Shown: in pieces, positions 29,381 to 38,770 of the stretch
How the letters are laid out: the number at the start of each line of letters is the position of its first letter
Numbering within the stretch: the stretch's first letter is position 1
NCBI GenBank assembly: GCA_043821645.1
Contig: JBDRCO010000044.1
Location: forward strand, 23,692 to 87,691
DNA: 64,000 nucleotides
From: Pseudomonadota bacterium
GTDB lineage: Bacteria; Myxococcota; JACRCW01; JAFGSX01
Reading direction: 5' to 3'
Position numbers and translations under genes: made by a program
The notes under the pieces: model-generated
Database searches by the model: none
Seen by the model: only the letters and a program-made list of their open reading frames with translations
What the model was told of the DNA's origin: nothing

Positions 29381-29716
29381 ATGCCCATCTACGAATATCA
29401 CTGTGATGGCTGCGGCCACGAGTTCGAAGAGATGCAGAAGGTGAACGATGCGCCGGTGACCCGCTGCGAGACCTGCGGCGGCGACAAGGTGGTGCGCCTG
29501 ATCTCGCGCTCCAGCTTCCAGCTCAAGGGCGGGGGCTGGTACGCCGACCTGTACGGCTCGAGTTCCTCCAAGGGCAAGAACAGCCCGAGCAGCAGCACCG
29601 CCTCGACCCCAGCGTCGAGTTCGAGCACCACATCGACCAGCTCGACCAGTCCGTCGTCGTCGACGGCGTCGACCAGCAGCGCGTCGAGCACCCCGGCCGC
29701 TTCCAGCAAGAGCTAG
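29381..29716 (+). CDS. FmdB family zinc-ribbon protein with Ser/Thr-rich tail
   Basis: MPIYEYHCDGCGHEFE...CETCGG...FQLKGGGWYADLY. Confidence 0.92.
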   Translation: MPIYEYHCDGCGHEFEEMQKVNDAPVTRCETCGGDKVVRLISRSSFQLKGGGWYADLYGSSSSKGKNSPSSSTASTPASSSSTTSTSSTSPSSSTASTSSASSTPAASSKS

Positions 29717-29942
29717 CCCCTCACCTTCGTCTCTCGCCCCGGCGTCGTCCAGCCGCCTGGCCCTGTCGGCCCGATTTTTCGGTGGCAGCGTGCCACCGCA
29801 TGCCTGCTGCTGCGGGCTGGTGGGCCAAATTGCGTTGCATGCCAGCCATCTGTCTGCGACTTTTGCCCAAGCTTTTCGTCGAGCAAGAGACCCAGATGTA
29901 GGACCAAGGCATGGTCCGCAGAGATCCTGGGAAGGACGCCTC

Positions 29943-31925
29943 ATGACAAGCCGAATTGCGGGTTGTGACGCACACCTCAACGAGGCGGGGCCCGGGCCCA
30001 TCCACCTCGGGACGCTCACGCTCGCCGGCCTGCTCCTCCTTGCGCTCCTTGGCTGTCCCGGTGCGGTGCGCGCCCCGGGTGAGCAGATCTGTGCACCTGG
30101 CCAGAAGGCTTGCGAGGACGGCGTGCTGCTGTCCTGCAGTGCCGACGGTACCCAGATCGAGCACCGCACGGACTGCGCGCCGGGTATCTGCCGCAACGCG
30201 GCCTGCGTGACGCTCGATGGCGGCACCAGCGACGCCAGTGCCGGTGACGGCTGGGTCCCGTGTGGCCAGAGCTCGTGCAGCGGCTTCACCTATTGCGACG
30301 ACGTCAGCGACGAGTGCCTTCCCGGCTGTGCCGGCGACGGGCAGTGCCAGGCCCACGAGCGCTGCGAGCAGCAGAGCCACAGCTGCGTGTGCCAGACCGG
30401 CTTTCATCGCTGCGGCCAGGCCTGCGTGAGCGATGGCGAACCGGCCACCTGTGGCTCGAGTTGCGCCCCCTGCCCGGGTCTGCTCAACGGCCATGCCACC
30501 TGTGACCTCGGCGCCTGCGGTCTTGCCTGCGACGCCAACTTTCACTTCTGCGGCGAGGTCTGCGCGTCGAACAGCGACCTCGCGACCTGTGGCCAGCGCT
30601 GCGAGGTCTGCCCCGACGACGCGCACGGCGTCGCCATCTGCCAGGACCAGAGCTGTGCCGCCACCTGCCATATCGGGTATCACTGGTGCACGGGGGGCTG
30701 CGCCCTCGACCGCGACGTGGCGAGTTGTGGCCAGCGCTGCGAGCCCTGCCCCGACGACGCCAACGGCGTCGCCAGCTGCACCGACGGCCAGTGCGGCCTG
30801 GCCTGCAACGCGGGCTATCTGGCCTGCGGTCAGGGCTGCGCCCCGTGTCCTGACATCGCCAACTCCATCGGTGCCTGCGCGGCCAGCAGCTGCGTCTTCG
30901 CGGGCTGCGTGACGGGCTACCGCGTGTGCGGTCAAGCCTGCTGCCCGTTCACCGTGACCCAGGTGGCCGCGGCGTCGCTCATGGGGGACAGCGACGTGGC
31001 CGTGGATGGCGCGGGCACGGCACACCTGGTCTGGCATACCTACCCCAGTGGTGGCCTCCATTATCAGGCGGGTCTTACTGGAACACCGGAAGACATCGAA
31101 CCCGGCGATGGGGAGGGGCAGTACCTCGCCCTGGCCCTGGACAGCAGCGAGCGCCCCGTCGTGGCGTACTATCATGAAGTCGACAAGCAGTTGAAGTTCG
31201 CGACCCGGGAGAGCACAGGCTGGACCGTCGAGGTGGTCGATGCCGACGGCGATGTGGGCTCGTATGTGTCGCTCGACCTCGACAGTGGAGGCCAGCCGCA
31301 CATCGCCTACTACGACAGCGATGGCAAGAATCTCAAGTACGCGGCGCACAGTGCCCAGGGCTGGAGCGTACAGTTTGTCGATCTGGCTACCGACGTCGGG
31401 ATCTATGCGGCACTGCGCCTGGATGCCGCGGACCATGCCCACATCGCCTACTGGGATCAGAACCGGTCGGTGCTGCGGTACGCGCGCTGGACGGGGACGA
31501 CCTGGCTGTTCGAGGACGTCGATTCCGGCCTGTACACGGCCCCCCTGATCGACCTGGCCCTCGACCCGGCCGGGAACCCCCACATCAGCTACGTCAAGCC
31601 ATCCACCCTTCGCCACGCAGCCTTCAACGGCACGAGCTGGCAGTTCGAGGAGCTGTTCCCGGGGGTGGTGACCTCGAAAACCTCGATCGAGATCGACGCC
31701 GGTGGTCTGATCCATGTGCTCTATGTCAACCGGGGCGATGCGCAGCAGACCTACGACCTGAACTATCTCCTGCTATCCGGGGGGCGGTGGTACCGCACGA
31801 TCGTGGCGGAAGACCTTGGTTTTCTGGGCGGCCGGCATAGCCTGTCCCTGGACGCCACGGGCAATCCGCACATCACCTACATGGACTACAACGCCAGCCC
31901 CGATAGCATCCACTACGCCCACTGA
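29943..31925 (+). CDS. Cys-rich repeat lipoprotein with C-terminal beta-propeller-like repeats
   Basis: LLGC lipobox; three to four TCG..C..CP....G.A.C....C...C..G.H.C repeats; repeated SL.LD..G.PHIAYYD....LKYA blades. Confidence 0.78.
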   Translation: MTSRIAGCDAHLNEAGPGPIHLGTLTLAGLLLLALLGCPGAVRAPGEQICAPGQKACEDGVLLSCSADGTQIEHRTDCAPGICRNAACVTLDGGTSDASAGDGWVPCGQSSCSGFTYCDDVSDECLPGCAGDGQCQAHERCEQQSHSCVCQTGFHRCGQACVSDGEPATCGSSCAPCPGLLNGHATCDLGACGLACDANFHFCGEVCASNSDLATCGQRCEVCPDDAHGVAICQDQSCAATCHIGYHWCTGGCALDRDVASCGQRCEPCPDDANGVASCTDGQCGLACNAGYLACGQGCAPCPDIANSIGACAASSCVFAGCVTGYRVCGQACCPFTVTQVAAASLMGDSDVAVDGAGTAHLVWHTYPSGGLHYQAGLTGTPEDIEPGDGEGQYLALALDSSERPVVAYYHEVDKQLKFATRESTGWTVEVVDADGDVGSYVSLDLDSGGQPHIAYYDSDGKNLKYAAHSAQGWSVQFVDLATDVGIYAALRLDAADHAHIAYWDQNRSVLRYARWTGTTWLFEDVDSGLYTAPLIDLALDPAGNPHISYVKPSTLRHAAFNGTSWQFEELFPGVVTSKTSIEIDAGGLIHVLYVNRGDAQQTYDLNYLLLSGGRWYRTIVAEDLGFLGGRHSLSLDATGNPHITYMDYNASPDSIHYAH

Positions 31926-32068
31926 CCGGCCCCGCAGGGTGCAGCGCGACCATCGAGGTCAGCGCAGCCCGGTGCCAGCTGTCATGAGCCGGGACTGCCC
32001 GATGGAGCTGGGGGCAAAGGATGCTGTGCCTCGCCAGCGCTTGCGGCCGAAACCTTGCGAGGAGGCGA

Positions 32069-33355
32069 CTACTTCTCGTCGTCCGCCCCGTCCTCGTCCC
32101 CGTCCTCGGTCGTTGGTGTTGCGCCGGGCTTGGCCTCGAAGGTCTTCTTCCACCACGACGCCGCCTCGCCCGCGGCGTTCTTGAGCACGTCGCCGGCGTT
32201 CTTGACCGCGCCGCTGGCCGCCTGTGAGGCCTCGGCGAAGAAGTCGTCGACGCTGGCCGGTCCGTCGCTGCTCGCCTCCTCGTCATCGGTCGAGGTGCCG
32301 CCGCGCGGGTCCACGCCGCAGTGCGGACACACCATGGCGGTCTTCAGCACCGGCTTGTGGCAGGACGCGCAGGGGGCGCTGTCCTCGTCGCTGCGCCGGC
32401 GATACTCGCCGTCCAGGATCTCCAGGTAGTTGCCCGAGCTGACCCAGTCCACGATCTCCTTGGCGCGGTAGACCGGGAAGGGATGCGAGCGGAACATCTC
32501 CTGCACCAGCATCAGGGCCCGCGCCCAGCCGCTGTCGGCGCTCATCTTGTCCAGGCGATCGGCCTGCTGCAAGAAGGCCTCGAAGTTGAGCTGCTCGAGC
32601 AGCGAGGGCGCACCGCCGGCGATCTTCATCAGCAGGTGCAGCACCACCTCGGGCCGTCGCACCGCCAGCAGCGCCGCGCGGTCCGCGGTGAGCTCGGCGC
32701 AGCGGTCCCACCACATCAGGCCGAGCTGCAGCGGCAGGGCGATGAGCCCGCCCAGACCGAAGCTCACCGCCGCCAGGCGCGAGGCCAGGGCCGAGATGAA
32801 GCGCGCCGCGGTCTTGTACAGCATGTGGTCCGAGTGAATGTGCCCCAGCTCGTGGGCGAACAGGGCGATCTGCTCCTCGGCATCGAGCAGCTCCAGCGCG
32901 CCCGTCGTCACCGTCACGAAGTACTGCTCCACGCCATAGGTCGAGGCGTTGGGGAAGGGGTTCTGCACCACGTACAGCTCGGGCAGCGGCGTGATGCCCA
33001 GGCGCGCCGCCGCGTCCTCGAAGCGGGCGTAGATCTCGGGCATCTGCTGCGCGCTGACCTGCACCGTGTTGGCGGCCTGGCTCAGGCGCAAATTCAGCTC
33101 GAGGGTCCAGCGGATCACGCGGCGCAGCAGCGTGCGAATGCCCGGGATCTTCTGCAATGCCTCCAGCGCGTCCTTGTCCAGGGGATGCTGGTAGGCGCTG
33201 GGGGCGATGTCGCCCAGGCTGCTGTCCAGCGAGCGGAACAGTGGCTCGCCGCACTTGCCGCAGCGCGGAGAGCGGCTCAGGCGCAGCAGCTTGGCTGTCT
33301 GCAGCCGGTTGGGGGCCTCGCAGGAACCGCAGTTGAACTCGACCAGTTCGATCAT
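32069..33355 (-). CDS. M48 family zinc metallopeptidase with N- and C-terminal zinc ribbons
   Basis: YQHPLD, PNA, AHELGH, ELTADRA, SHPFPV.R; CGSC..CGKC and CASC..CPHC. Confidence 0.88.
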   Translation of the reverse strand: MIELVEFNCGSCEAPNRLQTAKLLRLSRSPRCGKCGEPLFRSLDSSLGDIAPSAYQHPLDKDALEALQKIPGIRTLLRRVIRWTLELNLRLSQAANTVQVSAQQMPEIYARFEDAAARLGITPLPELYVVQNPFPNASTYGVEQYFVTVTTGALELLDAEEQIALFAHELGHIHSDHMLYKTAARFISALASRLAAVSFGLGGLIALPLQLGLMWWDRCAELTADRAALLAVRRPEVVLHLLMKIAGGAPSLLEQLNFEAFLQQADRLDKMSADSGWARALMLVQEMFRSHPFPVYRAKEIVDWVSSGNYLEILDGEYRRRSDEDSAPCASCHKPVLKTAMVCPHCGVDPRGGTSTDDEEASSDGPASVDDFFAEASQAASGAVKNAGDVLKNAAGEAASWWKKTFEAKPGATPTTEDGDEDGADDEK

Positions 33356-35685
33356 CGGGATGCTCCCTGCGCCGGTGCTCGGCGCGTACCTCGTCGTCGA
33401 TACAGGGTCAGCGTCAGCAGGACCACCACCCCGAGCCCGGCCGGACCTGCGGCGAGGGTGGTGCAGCCACAGGTGTCGATGGGGCCCACCGAGGAGGGTG
33501 GGGGCTGGCGGCCATGAAAGGCCACGGTGGCCAGGTAGACCAGGGCGCCGGCGGGCAAGAAGGGGGTGGCCACCTGTGGCTGCAGGCGGTCGGGCTGGCC
33601 ATCGCCGTCGTCATCCACGCGCCGCAGCAGGCCACCGTACTGGGCGCTGCGCGGGTCCGCGAGCGCGATCAGCTGCTCGAGCAAGGGAGCCAGGCGCAGG
33701 CGCCGGGCCTTGTCGTCGCGGCACAGCTCCGCCAGGATCCAGACCCGCAGCGGCAGGTCCTGCACCGTGGCCTGCTGCAGGGCCAGCTCCGACTCGACCT
33801 CGAGCAGCAGGGCATCCACCGCGGCGTCGTGCACGGCCCCCGCTTCGAGCAGCCGGCCGAGGTACAGGGCCAGAGCGCGCTCGACGGGGCTGCCCTGCAG
33901 GATGCCCGCGGCGTCGACGAAGTGCTGCCGGGCTGCCAGCCGCAGGCTGCGGGCGCTCTCGCGATAGCGTTCCACCCGCGCATCCTGCGCGTCGCGCCAG
34001 GACAGCGCGGTGGCGATCTGCTCCAGGGCGGCCACGCTCAGCGCTGCGGCGCGCACGCTCTGCCTGGCCACCGCGTCCTCATCCTCGACCGCCGCGCAGG
34101 TCAGGCCGGTCGCCGCGTCGCGGCAGCCGTCGAGGTCATCTCCTGCCAGCAGCAAGGAGGTGGCCACGCGCTCCAGGTAGCTCCTGGCCTCGTCGTCATG
34201 GCGGGCATCCCGCAGTACCTGGACGTGGCGGGCCATGGACCACGCCGCCAGGGCCGAGGCGTCGATGGCGGAGGGCAATCCCGCCGCAGGCTCACCCAGG
34301 CTGTCGTGGCAGGTCCACCAGCGACCCGAGGCCGCGCTGCTCCCCGCACGCTGCTGGGCCTGCGCGAGAAACACTCCGTGCGCGCTGGCCTGGCCATACA
34401 GCCCCGCCTGATCCAGCGCCTCGCGCATCCACGCGCTGTAGGCCGGGCAGTCCAGGGCCAGTGGAGGTTGCCCGGCCAGGGCCGCCACCAGGGCTCCACT
34501 GCCTGCGCTCTGGGCCGTGGCCACGGCGCGGATGGCGCGGCGGGCCACCTGGCGCACCGCCAGGTCCTGGGTATCGGGCATGGCCATGGCGCGGTCCAGC
34601 TCGCCGTCGGTGCGCAGGGCCTGCTCGCTGTAAGTCGCGAACCCGTACAGGCGCGCGTTCTCGATCAGGGCCAGCGCCTCGCCGGCCAGGCTGCCCGCCG
34701 CCACGAACACGGTCACCACGGAGGAGGAGGTCGGCCAGCTCCAGAGCAAGGCACCGCTGGCGGATCCGAGGACCGCAGGCTGCCCCGTGAGCGTGCCGTC
34801 GGCGGCATCGAGATAGGCGTCGCGCGGCCGCGCCAGATCTGTCGGATCCACGCGTCCGACCTGGTGCGCCAGGCTGGGCAGATCCGCGCCCAGGGCCAGG
34901 TAGGTGCCTTCCCGGGGCTCCTGGATCAGCTCCTGAAGCAGCGCGTCGGCCGCGGCCTGCCCGGCAGCGTCGGTGCCAATCGCCGCCATGGCGGGGGCCC
35001 ACAGCTGGCCCAGCGCCTCGCTGTCGCGCGGCCTGAAGTGCAGCAGGGCGTCCGCCTGCGCGCTGTAAAGAAGAGCAAAATCATTAGGATGGTCGCTTCC
35101 CTGGGCGTCGTAGAGCCAGTCCGCCACCGGTTGTCCCGGGATGTGCTGATCGCAGGGAGCCAGGTTCTCGTACAGCACTAGGCCGGCGGGGATGCGGCGG
35201 GCGCCCTCGGTCTGCAGCTCGAGTTGCAGCAGCAGCAGGGGCCGGTCCGGGGCCAGCCAGTACTCCTCGATCAGGACCAGGGCATCGTCGTCGAGGCGAT
35301 ACTCGACGCGCACCACCCGCGAGGTATCCGACAGGTAGCTGACCTCGCTTGACCAGCCCTCACCCTGGTGCGGCCACTCGACCCAGGCCTGCCCGTCCTG
35401 CTCGAAGCGCAGACCCACGAACAGCCCCATGTCAGGTTGCGCGCCCGCGCGGGGCAGGGCGGGGAGGCCATCGGCGGGGGGCGGCCGGGTCACATAATGC
35501 AGCTGATCAAAGCGCCCGGTGCTGGGCCAGCGCAGGGCCGTGACGTCGCCCCGCTCGCTCACCGTGAGCGCCATCTGGCCATTGGCCAGGGCGGCCAGGC
35601 TGTCGGTGGCGCCAAAGCGGGCCTCGACGCTCTCCAGCGCCAGTCCACACAACAGGGCACAGGTCATGGTGAGCGGGCCAACCAC
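33352..35685 (-). CDS. GH15-like six-hairpin glycosidase homolog with MYXO-CTERM-like tail
   Basis: ANGQMALTVSERGDVTALRWP and YLSDTSRVV N-terminal domain; SGALVAA helical domain; C-terminus CGC + hydrophobic stretch + RRR. Confidence 0.6.
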   Translation of the reverse strand: MVGPLTMTCALLCGLALESVEARFGATDSLAALANGQMALTVSERGDVTALRWPSTGRFDQLHYVTRPPPADGLPALPRAGAQPDMGLFVGLRFEQDGQAWVEWPHQGEGWSSEVSYLSDTSRVVRVEYRLDDDALVLIEEYWLAPDRPLLLLQLELQTEGARRIPAGLVLYENLAPCDQHIPGQPVADWLYDAQGSDHPNDFALLYSAQADALLHFRPRDSEALGQLWAPAMAAIGTDAAGQAAADALLQELIQEPREGTYLALGADLPSLAHQVGRVDPTDLARPRDAYLDAADGTLTGQPAVLGSASGALLWSWPTSSSVVTVFVAAGSLAGEALALIENARLYGFATYSEQALRTDGELDRAMAMPDTQDLAVRQVARRAIRAVATAQSAGSGALVAALAGQPPLALDCPAYSAWMREALDQAGLYGQASAHGVFLAQAQQRAGSSAASGRWWTCHDSLGEPAAGLPSAIDASALAAWSMARHVQVLRDARHDDEARSYLERVATSLLLAGDDLDGCRDAATGLTCAAVEDEDAVARQSVRAAALSVAALEQIATALSWRDAQDARVERYRESARSLRLAARQHFVDAAGILQGSPVERALALYLGRLLEAGAVHDAAVDALLLEVESELALQQATVQDLPLRVWILAELCRDDKARRLRLAPLLEQLIALADPRSAQYGGLLRRVDDDGDGQPDRLQPQVATPFLPAGALVYLATVAFHGRQPPPSSVGPIDTCGCTTLAAGPAGLGVVVLLTLTLYRRRGTRRAPAQGASR

Positions 35686-35821
35686 GGCCGCAGCATGGCA
35701 AAGGCTGGACCCTGGCCGCAAGCGGCGCGCCCGCGAGGTCCGCAGCGCAGCTCGGGCGGGAGCCGGCGCCGTGCTTGCCCGGGCCACGCATCGACGAGGA
35801 CAGGACCGTGACGGGGGAGTC

Positions 35822-35850
35822 TTGACACCTCCAGGTGCAGGCCATAGTCA
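35822..35850 (+). promoter_or_regulatory. Possible sigma70 promoter for cytochrome c-folB
   Basis: Perfect TTGACA at 35822-35827; -10 only weak (TAGTCA at N17 or CATAGT at N15). Confidence 0.3.
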
Positions 35851-35876
35851 AGCAGGGCACTGACCAGAGGACGACC

Positions 35877-36413
35877 ATGACGACGAAGAACCTGTCCGTT
35901 GCCTGTCTGCTTGTCTGTCTCGGCGCGACCGCCTGTCCGGACCAGCATCCGGCGGCACCGGAAGCGGTCAAGGGCCAGGAGGTCAACTGGGGTGAGAACT
36001 TCGCTGCGGCCGATCAGCAGCCCAAGGCCGCAGCCGAGGCCATGCACGCCGAGGGCGGGGCCATGGCCCCCACCATGACCTGGGAGGGTGGAGAGGCCAG
36101 CCGCGGCCGCGTCCTGTTTGCCGACAAGTGCGCGCGCTGCCATGGCAAGGGGGATCCCTCCACGCTCGCGGACGGCAACCCCGTGCCCTCGCTCAGGCCG
36201 GCGGCGCTCGAGTCCAAGACCGAGCGCGACCTGGCGCGCCACATCGCCCACGGCCATGGCGCCATGCCGGCCTTTGTCGGCGAGCTCAACCGCGAGCAGC
36301 TGCTGGATCTGATCTCGGCCCTGCGCAACGACGTTGGCGGCACCGGGCCCGCTCCCGTGGTGATGCCCGAGCCCGCCACGGCCCCTGCCTCGGCGCCTGC
36401 CGCCGCACCGTGA
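35877..36413 (+). CDS. Monoheme c-type cytochrome lipoprotein
   Basis: ATAC lipobox, GRVLFADKCARCHG, GHGAMPAF (axial Met); RBS GAGGA. Confidence 0.88.
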   Translation: MTTKNLSVACLLVCLGATACPDQHPAAPEAVKGQEVNWGENFAAADQQPKAAAEAMHAEGGAMAPTMTWEGGEASRGRVLFADKCARCHGKGDPSTLADGNPVPSLRPAALESKTERDLARHIAHGHGAMPAFVGELNREQLLDLISALRNDVGGTGPAPVVMPEPATAPASAPAAAP

Positions 36414-36418
36414 ACCCC

Positions 36419-36811
36419 ATGGACCGCATCTACGTCGAGGGCATCACCTTCGTGGGCCACCACGGCGTGTCGCGCAGCGAGCGCGCCGAGGGGCATCAGA
36501 TGTGGGTCGACGTCGTGGCCTGCCTGGACACCCGGGCTGCAGCCGCTGGCGACCGCCTGTCGCGGACCGTGGATCACGTGGACCTCGCCCGCATCGCCCA
36601 CGAGCTGGGCACCAGCTCCAGCTTCAAGCTGCTGGAGACCCTGGCCGATCGCATCGCCAGCGCCGTCCTCGAGGCGACCGGCGCCCACAGCGTCGAGGTG
36701 AGGGTACGCAAGCAGAGGCCCATCCTGCCCGGGCTGCCCTCGGCCACTGGCGTCACCATTGCCCGCGGACGCGACGGCGCCATGCTGGAACCCGGGGCGC
36801 TTCGCCCCTGA
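36419..36811 (+). CDS. folB: Dihydroneopterin aldolase
   Basis: MDRIYVEG, GHHGV...ER..G, D.LSRTVD, FKLLETLA, VRVRK. Confidence 0.92.
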   Translation: MDRIYVEGITFVGHHGVSRSERAEGHQMWVDVVACLDTRAAAAGDRLSRTVDHVDLARIAHELGTSSSFKLLETLADRIASAVLEATGAHSVEVRVRKQRPILPGLPSATGVTIARGRDGAMLEPGALRP

Positions 36812-37115
36812 ACTGCCGGATTCCTCCCCACCCGCCGCCGGGTAAGCACAAGCAGAACGCGATCAAAGACAGATAGTATGGAGCGGGACTTCGGCACCCA
36901 GCTGCGCTGTCCGGGGCCTGCCGGACCGCAAAAAAGTGATCCCGGTTAAAAAAAGATGCATGTAGGTTTTTGTCCGCCGAGGTACTTCCCCGTCTTGCTT
37001 GGCTATTTTGAATCTTATCAAATCGAGAAAAAGCGACAGATCAGGCAACCTTCGCGGTATACTGGTCGATAAGATACGCCAGAGGGTCAAGGCTGAGCCA
37101 CCCAAGGAGGAAACG

Positions 37116-38093
37116 ATGTCGGTCAATTTTAACCTCTCCGTCAACACCAACTACGCGGCGTTCAACTCGCTCAGCCAGATCTCCTTTGGCGGCGCCTCCG
37201 TCGTCAGTTCGGCATCGTTCTCGGCCATCTCGGATGGTTTCGCCCTGGCCGGAGGCGGCATCAACTTCGCGTCGGCTTTTGCCAACCTGCCTCCCCCGTA
37301 CCTGCCCCGGCCCCCGCACTACAGCGTTAGCCCCGAGATGGCGGCGCAGAAGATGGCCCAGTTCGTCGGTAACCTGGCCCAGTTCGGCGGCAGCCAGGGG
37401 CAGTTCGGCTTCGGCCAGTTCCTCAAGATGTCGGCCATGAACAACGTCGTCGGCAACTACATGTCGACCCAGGCGCTGTTCGGCCAGAGCTCGATCAGCA
37501 ACCTCAGCGTGTACGGCCAGGCCACCATCACCTCGCCCGCCCTCATGCAGCGCGAGCTCAAGGACGAGTTCGCCGCCGGTAACTCGGCAGGCAAGGGCAA
37601 GCAGAGCAACATGGCCAACTCGCCCGAGACGGTGCTGGCCCTGAACAATATTCTCAAGGGCCACACGGACAACATGCCCTTCGAGGAAGTGCAGAAGCAG
37701 CTCAAGGATCAGTACGGCATCGAGTCCAAGATCACCGACGTCGACGGCCGCAAGGCCCTCGAGTTCAAGAACGGCGACAAGATCGTCGACGCCAGCGGCA
37801 ACGGCATGCTCGGCACCGCGGACTACAAGTTCGGCGACGCCGTCAAGTCCATCAAGGAGAAGTACGGCCTCAGCGACGAGGCCCTGAAGACCTTCGACAC
37901 CGACGAGGGCAAGAAGGCCCTGGGCGCGATGTCAGGTGCGCGGGAACAGCTGTACCTTCCCCAGGAACACACCATGGCCTTCGGCTTCAACATGACCAGC
38001 TTCAACAGCAGCTGGATGGGTGTGCAGAACAACTTCCTGGACATGCGCCAGTTCGAGCCCATCTTCGCCCAGGCCTTTGCCTTCGCGTACTGA
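37116..38093 (+). CDS. Hypothetical protein with low-complexity Ser/Phe/Asn/Ala N-terminus; codon usage suggests high expression
   Basis: Strong RBS AAGGAGG; mostly C/G-ending codons; AT-rich upstream region; own terminator. Confidence 0.8.
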   Translation: MSVNFNLSVNTNYAAFNSLSQISFGGASVVSSASFSAISDGFALAGGGINFASAFANLPPPYLPRPPHYSVSPEMAAQKMAQFVGNLAQFGGSQGQFGFGQFLKMSAMNNVVGNYMSTQALFGQSSISNLSVYGQATITSPALMQRELKDEFAAGNSAGKGKQSNMANSPETVLALNNILKGHTDNMPFEEVQKQLKDQYGIESKITDVDGRKALEFKNGDKIVDASGNGMLGTADYKFGDAVKSIKEKYGLSDEALKTFDTDEGKKALGAMSGAREQLYLPQEHTMAFGFNMTSFNSSWMGVQNNFLDMRQFEPIFAQAFAFAY

Positions 38094-38119
38094 GTTCGCA
38101 CCCTCTGAGTGACGCACGG

Positions 38120-38160
38120 TCCCCGTTGACGCTCCTCCTCGTCGACGGGGATTCGTGTTT
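38120..38160 (+). terminator. Intrinsic terminator
   Basis: TCCCCGTTGACG / CGTCGACGGGGA 12-bp stem (one G-U) followed by TTCGTGTTT, 26 nt after stop 38093. Confidence 0.7.
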
Positions 38161-38364
38161 GAGGGCTTCCCCTCGCCACAAACCGCAGGGTCGACGCCAC
38201 TTCCTGACGCGGTGAGCCAACGCGCTGCGCGGGTCCGTCGACAGAGCGTCCGGGGCGAGACAGCAGCCGGGAAAGCGCCTCGTGCAGGCAACGGTCTGCA
38301 GAGCTTCTGGCGTTCGCCAAAAACCCTATGCTAGGCTTCCGCGTCCACCGCCGGGGAGGCGATC

Positions 38365-38763
38365 GTGAAGAAGGAAGAGGTCCGTGAGCTCACCCGACAG
38401 TTCGTCGCTGCGCTCGAGGAAGAAAAAGAGATCCGCACCAAGCTGCTCGAGCTCAAGATGCTGGGCAGCGATGACGAGGTCCGGCGCAACCTGCAGCGGC
38501 ACGACGCCATGATCGACAGCATCAAGAAGCTGCGCGAGCAGAAGATGCTGCCCATCATCGACAAGCTGGGTGCCTTCATCGCAGACAAGGCTGGCACCAA
38601 CCGCACGCCGCAACAGCGCCTGCGGGACGCCATCGGCGAGGGCAAGCAGAAGGTGGCCGAGAAGCGCCTGCACTCGGGCATGCCCGGCACCAAGAAGGCG
38701 CCCGCTACCGCCGTTCCGCCGGCCGCACCTACCAAGGAAAAGAAGACCAAGGCCAAGAAGTGA
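38365..38763 (+). CDS. Hypothetical charged helical protein with Lys/Ala/Pro tail
   Basis: RBS GGGGAGG before GTG; good codon bias; 7 nt upstream of the radical SAM gene. Confidence 0.72.
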   Translation: MKKEEVRELTRQFVAALEEEKEIRTKLLELKMLGSDDEVRRNLQRHDAMIDSIKKLREQKMLPIIDKLGAFIADKAGTNRTPQQRLRDAIGEGKQKVAEKRLHSGMPGTKKAPATAVPPAAPTKEKKTKAKK

Positions 38764-38770
38764 GCCCGGT

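Noticed and set aside
29780-29798. Hairpin CGGTGGCA-GCG-TGCCACCG after the zinc-ribbon gene as a terminator
   Set aside because: No U-tract 3' of the stem on either strand; function unsupported
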